Assembly (NCBI GenBank): GCA_963793965.1
Contig: CAWCCB010000001.1
Span: 125,071-189,070, forward strand
Direction of reading: 5' to 3'
DNA: 64,000 nt
Source of the DNA: an uncultured Microthrixaceae bacterium
GTDB lineage: Bacteria; Actinomycetota; Acidimicrobiia; Acidimicrobiales; Acidimicrobilacustridaceae
Shown here: piece by piece, positions 54,421 to 63,760 of the stretch
How positions within the stretch are numbered: the first letter of the stretch is position 1
How the letters are laid out: each line of letters opens with the position of its first letter
The notes under the pieces: generated by a model
The model's input: only the letters and a program-made list of their open reading frames with translations
What the model was told of the DNA's origin: nothing
Databases searched by the model: none
Translations under genes and position numbers: made by a program

Positions 54421-55835
54421 ATGACCGACGCCCCCTCCCCGGCTGGCTCCGGTTCGAGCGGTGATCGGCCGGTGGTGCTGGTCTCGAACCGGGGCCCGGT
54501 GTCGTTCACGGCTGGGCTCGGACGACGAGTTGGTGGCCAGACGGGGCGCCGGCGGCCTGGTGTCGGGGCTGGCCCCGCTCATGGTCGGCACCGACGCCCT
54601 GTGGGTGGCCGCGGCCATGTCCGAGGGCGACCGGAGGGCGGCGCGCTCGGGTCGCACCCAGGCCGAGGGGCTGCACACCGCCCTGTTGGCCCTCGATCCC
54701 GAGGACTACCGCATGGCCTATGACGTGGTGGGCAACGCCACGCTCTGGTTCCTGCACCACGGCCTGTGGGAGCTGGCCCGCCGACCCCGCTTCGACCGGC
54801 ACTTCACCCGGGCCTGGGACGCCTTCCGACGGGTCAACCAGACCTTCGCCCAGGCCGTCGCGACCCAGGCGCCCGCGGACGCGGTGGTGCTGGTGCAGGA
54901 CTACCACCTGAGCCTGCTGGGGCCGATGCTGGCCGAGCGACGACCCGACCTGGTCTCGGTCCACTTCTCCCACACCCCGTTCGCCGGGCCCGACTGGCTC
55001 CGGGTGCTGCCCGACGCCGTGGCCGTGGAGCTGCTCGAAGGGCTGGCCGGACACCACGCCTGCGGATTCCACGCACCCCGCTGGGCCGAGGCCTTCACCG
55101 CCGACTGTCGCCTGTGGCTGGGCCACGAGCCCAGGACCTTCGTGGCGCCGCTGGCGCCGGATCCCGAGGACCTGGCCGGGGTGGCCGGGGGACCCGCCTG
55201 CGCCGAGGCGTTGGCCTCGCTGGACGAGCAGGTCGGGGACCGTGCGCTGATCGCCCGAGTCGACCGCATCGAGCTGTCCAAGAACCTGGTGCGAGGATTC
55301 CTGGCCTACGACGACCTGCTCGACCGCTACCCGCAGTGGCGCGAGCGCGTGGTCTTCGGCGCCTTCGTCTATCCGTCCCGGGAGGGGCTGCCCGAGTACC
55401 TGGCCTACCGCCAGGAGGTGGAGCGGGTCATCGACCAGGTCAACCAGCGCTGGGCCACGCCCGTCCTGGACCCCCATCCTGGCCTTCATCGGCGACGACC
55501 ACCCCCGCTCCATCGCCGCCCTGCGTCGCTACGACGCGCTGCTGGTCAACCCGGTGCGCGACGGCCTCAACCTGGTGGCCAAGGAGGGCGCGCTGGTCAA
55601 CGAGCGCCACGGCGTGGTGCTGCTGAGCCCCGAGGCCGGGGCCTGGGCCGAGCTGGAAGGGGTGGTGCGGCGGGTGCATCCCTACGACATCACCGCCACC
55701 GCCGACGCCTTGGCCGACGCCCTGGCCACCCCGCCGGACCGCCGGGTCCACCAGGCCGAGCGCCTGGTCGAGCGGGCCCGCGGGCGCAGCCCCCGCGACT
55801 GGCTGGCCGATCAGCTGGCCGCGGCCAACGCCTGA
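54421..55835 (+). CDS. otsA: alpha,alpha-trehalose-phosphate synthase (GT20); at least two frameshifts
   Basis: MTDAPSPAGSGSSGDRPVVLVSNRGPVSFT / …DYRMAYDVVGNATLWFLHHGLW…VVLVQDYHLSLLGPML… / …LVNPVRDGLNLVAKEGALVNERHGVVLLSPEAGAWAEL…. Confidence 0.7.
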
Positions 55836-56584
55836 AGCAGCTCCAGCGCACCGGGAGGGCCGTCGACCACCAGGTCGGCGCGCTCGAGCAGCGCCGGGGC
55901 CACCTCGGCGCTGCGCACCCCGACTCGCACGGCAGCCGTGCCCGACCCGGCCAGCTGGTCCAGGGCGTCGAAGGCGGGCAGGTCGCCCACGTCGTCGCCC
56001 AGGAAGCACACGGCCGACAGGTCGTCGGCCAGCTCCAGCAACGAGGTGCCCTTGTCCACGTCGATGGGCGGATGCAGCTCGTAGGACAGTCGGGCGGGAC
56101 GGACGTCGAGGCCCGACCGCGACGCCTGGTGCTCGGCCCAGTGGCGCACGTCGTCCTGGCGCTCGGGCCGGCCGCGGTAGTGCAGGGTGAGCGACAGGCC
56201 CTTGGCCTCGACCCGCATGCCTTCGGGACCCCGGGCCCGCGACAGCGTGGCCACGTCGTCGACCACCTCGCGCCAGACGCCGCCCAGGGGGTGATCCAGG
56301 CGTTGGCCGTTGATCACCAGCTCGAGCCCGTAGAGGCCCGACAGCAGGACCTGGGGCGGGAACCACGGGGCCAGGAAGCTGACCGGTCGCCCGGACAGCA
56401 CGGCCACACGCCCGAAGCGCTCGGCCAGCTGGCCCAGCGCCGCGGCCGCGCCCGGCAGCGGGACGGCGTGGCTGGGCTCGTCCACGATCTCGGAGATGGT
56501 CCCGTCGAAGTCGGTGAACACCCCGGTCTCGGCCACCTGGCCGAGCAGCGTGTCGACGGCTCGCCCCAGCGACCCGGCTGCCAC
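55811..56584 (-). CDS. otsB: trehalose-phosphate phosphatase (HAD family)
   Basis: Intact ORF, GTG start; …GVFTDFDGTISEIVDEPSHAVPLPGAAAALGQL…VAVLSGRPVSFL…CFLGDDVGDLPAF…. Confidence 0.75.
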   Translation of the reverse strand: MAAGSLGRAVDTLLGQVAETGVFTDFDGTISEIVDEPSHAVPLPGAAAALGQLAERFGRVAVLSGRPVSFLAPWFPPQVLLSGLYGLELVINGQRLDHPLGGVWREVVDDVATLSRARGPEGMRVEAKGLSLTLHYRGRPERQDDVRHWAEHQASRSGLDVRPARLSYELHPPIDVDKGTSLLELADDLSAVCFLGDDVGDLPAFDALDQLAGSGTAAVRVGVRSAEVAPALLERADLVVDGPPGALELLQALAAAS

Positions 56585-56588
56585 CTGC

Positions 56589-57201
56589 TCAGGGTTTCTT
56601 GGTCGTGGTGGTCGCCTTGGCCGTCGTGGTGCTGGCCGTGGTGGTCGGGTTGCCGCTCTCCACCGCGTCGAGGGCGCCGTCGGTGCCGATGACCACCAGC
56701 ACGGTGGCCGATCCCAAGGAGGCCACCGGCGCCGGACTGGGCATGGGCGCGACGGCCGAGGACGGCAGGTCGAGGCTGGAGGCCACCAGCTGGGCCTGCG
56801 GCGCGTTGCCGGGCAGGTAGTAGACCATCGTGGTGGCGGCGGTGGCGGCGTTGCCCACCGCCGGAGCCGGGTACTGCTTGCCGGCCAGCACCGTGCTCAC
56901 CTTGCTGGCCGCCCCGGCCTTGCCGCTGGCGTTGGCCACGTAGATCTTCACCGTGGCCGGGTCGACCGCCTCGGTGGTGGTGGTGGCGTGGCCCGCGGCG
57001 GTGGTGGTCGTGGTCGCGCTGGAGGACTTCTTCGAGGTGGACAGGAACCCGCCGTCGTCGCTGAAACCCTTGGCCAGCAGGATCACGCCGATGAGCCACG
57101 GCCACCACCACCAGGATGGCGCCGGCCACGGTGGCGCGTCGGTCCTCACCCAGCGGTGAGGCGCCGCCCGAACCCGGGCCCGCGCCAGACGGGGCGGTCA
57201 C
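56589..57201 (-). CDS. LytR_C-domain membrane protein (cell-envelope-related); frameshift near 57100
   Basis: GTG start overlapping the upstream stop (GTGA). …GEDRRATVAGAILVVVAV / LIGVILLAKGF… S/T-rich linker, then the LytR_C domain (…VKIYVANASGKAGAASKVSTVLAGKQYPAPAVGNAATAATTMVYY…). Confidence 0.55.
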
Positions 57202-57488
57202 CGGCCTGGATGCTCGGTGGCCTGGTACCCCTCGTGGCGGGCGCGCCGCCGACGATCGCGCAGCCGACGGAGCCGACGGACGACGAGCGGGTCGTACTCG
57301 TAGGCCTCGTCGCTCTCGAGCAGCTCGTTGAGGATCTGGTAGTACCGGGCCCCGGAGAGCTCGAAGCGCTCGCGGATGGCAGCTTCCTTGGGACCGGACT
57401 CAGTCCACCAGGAGCGCTCGAAGTCGAGGATGGCCCGATCGCGACTGGTGAACTCCATCTCGGAACTGTGCTGCACCGCTCCCCCCAT
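57198..57488 (-). CDS. DUF3263 domain protein
   Basis: …MEFTSRDRAILDFERSWWTESGPKEAAIRERFELSGARYYQILNELLESDEAYEYDPLVVRRLRRLRDRRRR… Start at ATG 57488 or internal ATG 57458. Confidence 0.6.
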   Translation of the reverse strand: MGGAVQHSSEMEFTSRDRAILDFERSWWTESGPKEAAIRERFELSGARYYQILNELLESDEAYEYDPLVVRRLRRLRDRRRRARHEGYQATEHPGR

Positions 57489-57510
57489 TGCAAGCACCCT
57501 GCCTCTTGGC

Positions 57511-57700
57511 CCTCCGGTCGGGCGGGGCCTCCCTGCGGGCGCCTTCGGCATCCGCCTGTCATCTGGTCCAGCGGCTCCGGCCTGGCGGCCTGCGCCTTCC
57601 CGGCCCTCCGGTCGGCAAGCCTCCCTGCGGGCGCCTTCGGCATCCGCCTGTCATCGGTCCAGCGGCTCCGGCCTGGCGGCCTGCGCCTTCTTGGGCCCTC
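57511..57700 (+). repeat. two tandem direct copies of a ~93-bp repeat family, with a partial third start, between the DUF3263 gene and tRNA-Thr
   Basis: ggccctccggtcgg…cctccctgcgggcgccttcggcatccgcctgtcatc(t)ggtccagcggctccggcctggcggcctgcgccttc appears twice, ~95% identical. A third copy lies inverted at 61986-62078. Confidence 0.65.
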
Positions 57701-57851
57701 CTTCTTGGCCATCCGGGTGGTCCATCCGTTCTGTGCACCGTGGGGGTGCACAGACCGCGGTGGCCGCCGGCGGGAGGATTGAAGGCCGTGGCCGGATGCC
57801 GGGCCGCGTACGCTTGGGGTGCCGGTCCGGCGGCGACGGCGGAGCGGACTC

Positions 57852-57925
57852 GCCCGAGTAGCTCAGCTGGCCAGAGCGCCGCTCTTGTAAAGCGGATGTC
57901 GTGGGTTCGAATCCCACCCCGGGCT
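57852..57925 (+). tRNA. tRNA-Thr (anticodon TGT)
   Basis: Cloverleaf by eye: acceptor GCCCGAG/CCCGGGC with one A·C mismatch; D-stem GCTC/GAGC; anticodon stem CCGCT/AGCGG with loop CTTGTAA; T-arm GTGGG-TTCGAAT-CCCAC. CCA not encoded. Confidence 0.85.
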
Positions 57926-58111
57926 CCGTCCGTCCGTCGCATCGAGCCGTGACCCACCACTCCGTCACCCGCCGTAGTCGCATCCCATCGTGACGAACGT
58001 GGGTTGCTCCTGAAGAGGTTCAGCCGCGCGATGGCGAACAGCATCGGCGCCATGGCGTGGGTCCTGAGGGTGGGGGTTGTGGGCGCAGGCTCGCGGGCGA
58101 ACACTTCTCGG

Positions 58112-58495
58112 ATGGCCATCACCCACCTCAGCACCGTCCCGATCTTCCGCAGCTTCGACCAGGCCAAGACCCGCGAGTTCTACGTCGACTGGCTCGGCTT
58201 CCAGGTCGACTGGGAGCACCGCTTCGAGCCGAATGCGCCGCTCTACATCCAGGTCAGCCGCGACGGCATCGTGCTCCACCTGTCCGAACACCACGGCGAC
58301 GGCTCGCCTGGCATCCACGTGCGCGTCCTGATCACCGGCGTCCACGACCTGCACACCGAGCTGACCGAGAAGCGCTACAAGAACAACCGGCCCGGGCTGG
58401 AGCGCCCGCCGTGGGGCGGCACCGAGTTCACCGTCATCGATCCGGTCAACAACCGCATCACCTTCGCCGAGGCGGACGACGTGGCGAGCGGCTGA
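58112..58495 (+). CDS. glyoxalase/bleomycin-resistance (VOC) superfamily protein
   Basis: Intact; MAITHLSTVPIFRSFDQAKTREFYVDWLGFQVDWEHRFEPNAPLYIQVSRDGIVLHLSEHHGDG… Local GC is somewhat lower than the surroundings. Confidence 0.65.
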   Translation: MAITHLSTVPIFRSFDQAKTREFYVDWLGFQVDWEHRFEPNAPLYIQVSRDGIVLHLSEHHGDGSPGIHVRVLITGVHDLHTELTEKRYKNNRPGLERPPWGGTEFTVIDPVNNRITFAEADDVASG

Positions 58496-58534
58496 TGCGA
58501 CGATCTGGCCCGCCTGCGTCCGCCGACCGGCCAG

Positions 58535-58786
58535 CTACTGCTGGTAGCCCTCCACGGTGCCGGCCGGGCGCAGGCTGGCGCCATCGGGGTCCTCGCCGGC
58601 GCGTCGGCGGGCCCGGCGCTGGCGGATGAGGTCCCACAGACGGTCGATCTCGACATCGACCTCACCCAGTCGGTCGGCCACGCCAGGCGCGCCCCCACCA
58701 CCCACGTTGGCCTGGGAGAGCTCGTGCTCCTCGACCATCAGCTGGTGGATCTGGTCGAGGATGGCCTGGTCGGTCTGCTCGGTCAT
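58535..58786 (-). CDS. DUF2630 family protein
   Basis: MTEQTDQAILDQIHQLMVEEHELSQ…IDRLWDLIRQRRARRRAGEDPD…. Confidence 0.6.
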   Translation of the reverse strand: MTEQTDQAILDQIHQLMVEEHELSQANVGGGGAPGVADRLGEVDVEIDRLWDLIRQRRARRRAGEDPDGASLRPAGTVEGYQQ

Positions 58787-58816
58787 CGCATCAGTCTACG
58801 GACGCCCGACCAGGAG

Positions 58817-59161
58817 TCAGCTGCCCAGGATCTTGGCCTTCTGGGCCGCGAACTCCTCGTCGGTGAGCACCCCGCTCTGGTGCAGCTCGCCCAGCTGCTT
58901 GAGCTGGTCCAAGGTCGAGTCCTCGCTCGGGGCCGCGGCCGGCGGCGGGGGTGGCGGCGGCGCGTACTCCTGGGGCGGCGGGGCGGCCTGTTCGGCCTGG
59001 TAGGCCGCGGCCTGCTGCTGCTCCGCCTGCTTGTTCTGCTGGTGGCGGGACACGCCGCCGACCACCGCGGTGGCGGTGCCGGCCACGACCGCGGTTCGGG
59101 CCACGGTGCCGACCAGTCCGGGTCGTCCTACGCGTCCAACACCTCGTCGCATCAGGGGCAT
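58817..59161 (-). CDS. SHOCT-domain protein
   Basis: RBS GAGAGGA. Hydrophobic N-terminus, a Q/A/P-rich linker, and the C-terminal SHOCT motif DSTLDQLKQLGELHQSGVLTDEEFAAQKAKILGS*. Confidence 0.6.
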   Translation of the reverse strand: MPLMRRGVGRVGRPGLVGTVARTAVVAGTATAVVGGVSRHQQNKQAEQQQAAAYQAEQAAPPPQEYAPPPPPPPAAAPSEDSTLDQLKQLGELHQSGVLTDEEFAAQKAKILGS

Positions 59162-59223
59162 GTCAGTCCTCTCGATCTTTCGTCGATCTCGGGTGGTCGA
59201 TCTGGGGCACTCGGTCTCAGGCT

Positions 59224-59640
59224 TCTTCGAGGGCGGCCATGGCCAGGGCCACCACCTCGGCGGGGATGCGCTCGTGGGCCACGACCTGGCCCGGACGATC
59301 CCACCACGGCCTGGGCGAAGCGCTCGGCCCAGGTGTTCTCCCACACCAGGATGGCAGCCGAGCTGTCCGGCGACAGGTTGGCGGCCACCTCCTCGGCGTC
59401 CTGATCGCTGACCAGCCCGCCGATCTCGCCTTCGAGCAGCTCGAAGGCCTGGGCCACCTCGGAGTCGAGATCGCCCAGCTCGAACCAGCCCACGGCGCCC
59501 GAGGCGTCCTTGGTCACGAACAGCAGATCGATGAGCCGCACGGTGCCGTTGTCGATCAGTTCGGCCAGCGCCGGCACCACATCGCCGTTGAACTGGTTGC
59601 CGGGGAACTCGATCACGATGTATTCGACCGGTGTCGTCAT
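59224..59640 (-). CDS. DUF6325-like protein (frequent SHOCT neighbour); C-terminal frameshift
   Basis: MTTPVEYIVIEFPGNQFNGDVVPALAELIDNGTVRLIDLLFVTKDASGAVGWFELGDLD… then …DRPGQVVAHERIPAEVVALAMAALEEA* after a +1 shift. Confidence 0.45.
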
Positions 59641-59744
59641 GGAGGGTGACTCTAGGACACCGCCGGGCCGTCCGCGCTCCGTCGCCCATGCTCAGCATCG
59701 CGACCGTCCACAGCTCGAACGGTCAGCCGATAGCGTCAGGCGCC

Positions 59745-61978
59745 ATGAGCATCCTCGGTCACCGCGTGCTGCGTCGGGAGGACCCGGCGCTGCTCACCAC
59801 CGGCGGCACCTACGTCGACGATCTCGACCTGCCCGACGCCGCCTTCGTCACCTACGTGCGCGCCACCATGGCCCACGCCCGCCTGGCCGCCCTCGACGTG
59901 GACGAGGCGCGGACCATGCCCGGCGTCCTGGCCGTGATCACCGCCGCGGACCTGGACCTGGCCGACCTGGGCGCGCTGATGCCCATGTTCAACGCGGCCA
60001 TGACCCGGCCCCTGCTGGCTCGGGACACCGTGCGCTTCGTGGGCGAGCCCATCGTGGCCATCGTGACCGAGACACGGGCCCAGGGCCCCGACGCGGCGGA
60101 GGCCGTGTTCGTCGACTACGAGCCCCTGGCCGCCCTGGTCGATCCGGGCGCGGCCACCGACGACGGGATCGTCCTGTTCGCCGAGGCCGGCACCAACGTG
60201 GTGTGGACGCTGGATCACGCCGGACCACCCGTCGACTTCTCGGGCTGCGAGGTGGTGGTGACCCAGGAGATGGTCAACCAGCGCCTGGCGCCCAGCCCCA
60301 TCGAGGGTCGGTCGGGTGCGGCGTGGTGGGACGGCGGCCGGCTGATCCAGTACCAGTCCTGCCAGGGCGCCCACCCCGTCCGCGACGCCATCGCCGAGGT
60401 GTACGGGCTCGACCAGAGCGAGGTCCGGGTGGTGTGCCCGGACGTGGGCGGCAGCTTCGGGGCCAAGGCCGGTTCGACCCCCGAGCTGCTCCTGCTGGGC
60501 GATCTGTCCCGGCGGGTGGGACGACCGGTGCGGTGGGTCGAGACCCGCAGCGAGAACATGGTGGCCATGGGCCACGGTCGGGCCCAGCGCCAGGTGGCCA
60601 CCCTGGGCGGCACCCGCGACGGCCGGATCACCGCCTACAAGCTGACGGTGGTGCAGGACTCCGGCGCCTACCCGTCGATGGGCGCGGTGCTGCCCTACAT
60701 GACCCGGATGATGACCACCGGTGTCTACGAGATGGGCGACGTCGAGTTCTCGGCCACCAGCGTGGTGACCAACACCACGCCGCTGGTGGCCTACCGCGGG
60801 GCCGGCCGTCCCGAGGCCGCCGCCTGCCTGGAGCGCATGATCGACCGCTACGCCACCGAGATCGAGCATGGACCCGGCCGAGGTGCGCCGCCGCAACCTG
60901 CTGGCGGCCGACGCCTTCCCGGTCACCACCCCGACCGGCACCGAGTACGACAGCGGCGACTACGCCCGCGCCCTCGACCTGTTGCTGGAGACGGCGGGCT
61001 ACGACGAGCTGCGGGCCGAACAGGCCCGCCGCCGGGCCGCCGGCGACCCGATCCTGATGGGGATCGGCCTGGCCGTCTACGTCGAGGTCACCGGCGGCGG
61101 AGCCGAGTACGGCGAGGTCCAGCTGCGCCCCGACGGCACCGTGCTGGTCAAGACCGGCTCCAACCCCTACGGCCAGGGCCACCACACGGCCTGGGCCATG
61201 TTGGTCAGCGACCGCCTGGGCATCCCCATGGATCGGGTCGAGGTCACCCACGGCGACACCGACGTGATCCCCACCGGGTCGGTCACGGGCGGGTCGCGAT
61301 CGGTGCAGCTGGCCGGCGCGGCGGTGCACGACGCCTCGGGCAAGCTGCTCGACGTGGCCCGCCAGCGGGCCGCCGACCTGCTCGAGGCCGCCCCCGAGGA
61401 CATCGTGTTGGACCGCGACGAGGGCCGCTTCCACGTGGCCGGCAGCCCCAGCATCGGCCTGGGCTGGGAGGAGCTGGCCGTCGAGGGCGAAGACCCCCTG
61501 GCCGGCCTGTCGGATCTGGCCGACGCCAAGGCCACCTTCCCCTTCGGGGCCCACCTGGCGGTGGTGGAGATCGATCCCGAGCTCGGCGAGGTGCGCCTGG
61601 TGCGGCTGCGTGGCGGTCGACGACGCCGGCGTGATCCTCAACCCGATGCTGGCCGAGGGCCAGGTCCACGGCGGCCTGGCCCAGGGCGCGGCCCAGGCCA
61701 TCTACGAGGAGGTCCGCTACGACGAGGACGGCAACCCCCTGACCGCCACCTTCGCCGACTACACGGTGATCTCGGCGGCCGAGCTCCCCCTGTTCGAGCG
61801 GGTGGTGATGGAGACGCCCACCCCGCTCAACGCGCTGGGCGCCAAGGGCATCGGCGAGTCGGGCACCATCGGCTCCACCCCGGCCGTGCACAACGCCGTG
61901 GTCGACGCCCTGTCCCACCTGGGCGTCCGTCACCTGGACATGCCGGCCACCCCCGAGAAGGTCTGGCGCGATCGCTGA
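59745..61978 (+). CDS. xanthine dehydrogenase-family molybdopterin-binding large subunit (CoxL form-II-like, AYRGAGR motif); at least two frameshifts
   Basis: [39 protein letters not shown]…; …[26 protein letters not shown]…; C-terminus …[46 protein letters not shown]. Confidence 0.7.
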
Positions 61979-61985
61979 CCAGACG

Positions 61986-62078
61986 ACCTAGGAAGGCGGA
62001 GGCCGCCAGGCTGGAGCCGCTGGACCGATGACACCCAGATGGCGAAGCCGCCCGCAGGGAGGCTTGCCGACCGAAGGG
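61986..62078 (-). repeat. inverted copy of the ~93-bp repeat family seen at 57511-57700
   Basis: The reverse complement, ggcccttcggtcggcaagcctccctgcgggcggcttcgccatctgggtgtcatcggtccagcggctccagcctggcggcctccgccttcc, is ~88% identical to copy B at 57605-57700. Confidence 0.55.
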
Positions 62079-62079
62079 C

Positions 62080-62708
62080 CTAGCCGGTCGTGGTGGTGGC
62101 GGTGAAGCTGCTGCAGTCGTCGTAGGGCACGGAGCCGTTCGGCTGGACGCTGCTGGTCCCGAACTGCCACTGCAGGCTGACCACCGCCGGGATCTGGTTG
62201 AGCGGAACCTGGTAGGACAGCGTGTTGCCCTGCACGGTGACCGGCGCGGCCAGATCGGTCTTGGCCTCGTTGCCGCCCTTGAAGGTGTGCAGCACCACGT
62301 TCCACGGTCCGGCCGGGTTGGCGGCGTCACCGGCTGGGCCCGCAGCTCGAAGCTGAGCTCCGGCGCCACGGACGGATCACCCTGCTGCACGTCGAACAGC
62401 GGCTGGGGCACCTCGGCGATGGGACCGTTGGTGGTGAAGCTGACGTCCAGGGTGTCGCCCTTGACCAACGCCGAGGCTTCGACCAGGTCGATGCCGGCGG
62501 GTTGGGTCAGCTTGCCGGCCGCGGCCGGGTCGAGGCTGATGTCGCCCACCGGATCGTGGCAGGTGTAGCCCTTGGTCTGGGGCAGCGTCGTCTGCTTGCC
62601 CACCGTCGAGCTCGACGACGTGGACCGGTTGGTCGGGCTGCAGGCGGCGCCCACCAGCGACCAGCGGCGCACGCCAGGGCGACCAGACCGACCCGACCGC
62701 GCCGTCAT
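62080..62708 (-). CDS. putative lipoprotein of unknown function; one frameshift
   Basis: Signal peptide with lipobox (…RRWSLVGAACSPT). …LDVSFTTNGPIAEVPQPLFDVQQGDPSVAPELSFELRAQP… then …VVLHTFKGGNEAKTDLAAPVTVQGNTLSYQVPLNQIPAVVSLQWQFGTSSVQPNGSVPYDDCSSFTATTTTG*. Confidence 0.4.
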
Positions 62709-62721
62709 CGAGCGGGTGCCG

Positions 62722-63760
62722 TCATCGGACCGGGCGGCGTCGAGCCACCTCGAAGCAGGCGACCGCCCCGGCCGCGGCCACGTTCAGCGAGCCGAGCTGA
62801 CCACCCAGGGGGATCGACACCACCTCGTCGCACCGCTCGCGGACCAGGCGTGACAGTCCGGCGCCCTCGGCCCCGAGCACCAGGGCGATGGGCCGATCCG
62901 CCACCTCCAGGTCGAACAGCCGGCGGGCGCCGCCGGCGTCGAGTCCCACCACCCACACGCCGGCCTCCTGGAGGTGACGGATGGCGGTGGGCAGCCCCCC
63001 GACCAGGGCGAAGCGCAGGTACTCGATCGAGCCGGCCGCCGCCTTGGTCACGGTCGGGGTGATGTGCACGGCCCGATGTCGCGGCAGCACCACCCCGGTC
63101 ACGCCCGCGCACTCGGCCGAGCGCAGCAGGGCCCCCAGGTTCCCCGGATCGGTGATGCCGTCGGTGGCCAACAGGAACGGCGGCGCGCCCCCCTTGGGGG
63201 TGACCACCAGGTCGTCCAGGTCGGTCTCGGGCAGCTCGCCGGCGCGGGCCAGCACGCCCTGGGGGGACTCGGTGCGGGCCACCGAGTGGAGCTTGGTGCG
63301 GGTCACGTCCTGGACGGGCACGCCCAGGCTCTGGGCCAGCTCGGCGATGTCGTCGAGCACCGCCGAATCGTCCTGGTCGGCGGCGATCCACACCTCACGC
63401 ACGCGCCGGGTGCCGGCCAACAGCAGCTCCCGGACGGCCTGGCGGCCCTCCACCTGATCCCCGCCCAGACCCTTGGGGCCGGTGCGTCGGGTCGAAAGCG
63501 GATCGCCACCCCGACCGGCAGCGACCACCGGGACGGCCGCCACGACCCGACGCGGGCTGAGCCGCCCGGACGGTCGGACTTTGCGCACCGACGCCGCCGC
63601 GTGGCGGGCCTGGCGGGCGGCCACGGCCTTCTCCGCCGCCGGCGAGCGGGCCGGCTTGGCCGTCTTGGCCCGACGACGCGCCTCGGCCGCGGCTGGCCTT
63701 GGGCGGCGGCTTGGGTCCCCGGGACGATGACGACCGGGGGGACTTGCGGGCCGGGCTCAC
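62722..63760 (-). CDS. rlmB: 23S rRNA (guanosine-2'-O-)-methyltransferase RlmB (SpoU/TrmH family) with basic N-terminal extension; N-terminal frameshifts
   Basis: GTG start overlapping the ispF stop (GTGA). The 300-aa core is intact (…GRQAVRELLLAGTRRVREVWIA…LLATDGITDPGNLGALLRSAECAGVTGVVLP…VVGLDAGG…LVLGAEGAGLSRLVRERCDEVVSIPLGGQLGSLNVAAAGAVACFEVARRR…). Confidence 0.7.

Noticed and set aside
52349-54424. 691-aa plus-strand ORF
   Set aside because: Only the first ~180 codons are real (N-terminal part of gpgS). Beyond the frameshift it reads antisense through the glycerate kinase gene as Gly/Arg/Ala-rich nonsense.
57511-57700. Possible CRISPR array, suggested by regularly spaced direct repeats
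   Set aside because: Units are ~93 bp with no intervening unique spacers; they are simply two abutting copies. No cas genes in the window. Treated as an intergenic repeat family instead.
57852-58110. Integrated element at tRNA-Thr (integrase, att repeat)
   Set aside because: No integrase/recombinase ORF and no duplication of the tRNA 3' end within the 6 kb downstream, so an island call is not supported, only noted as a possibility.
59510-61057. 515-aa plus-strand ORF overlapping the xanthine dehydrogenase family gene in another frame
   Set aside because: Arg/Gly/Pro/His-rich translation with no motifs. The XDH/CoxL frame carries all conserved motifs.
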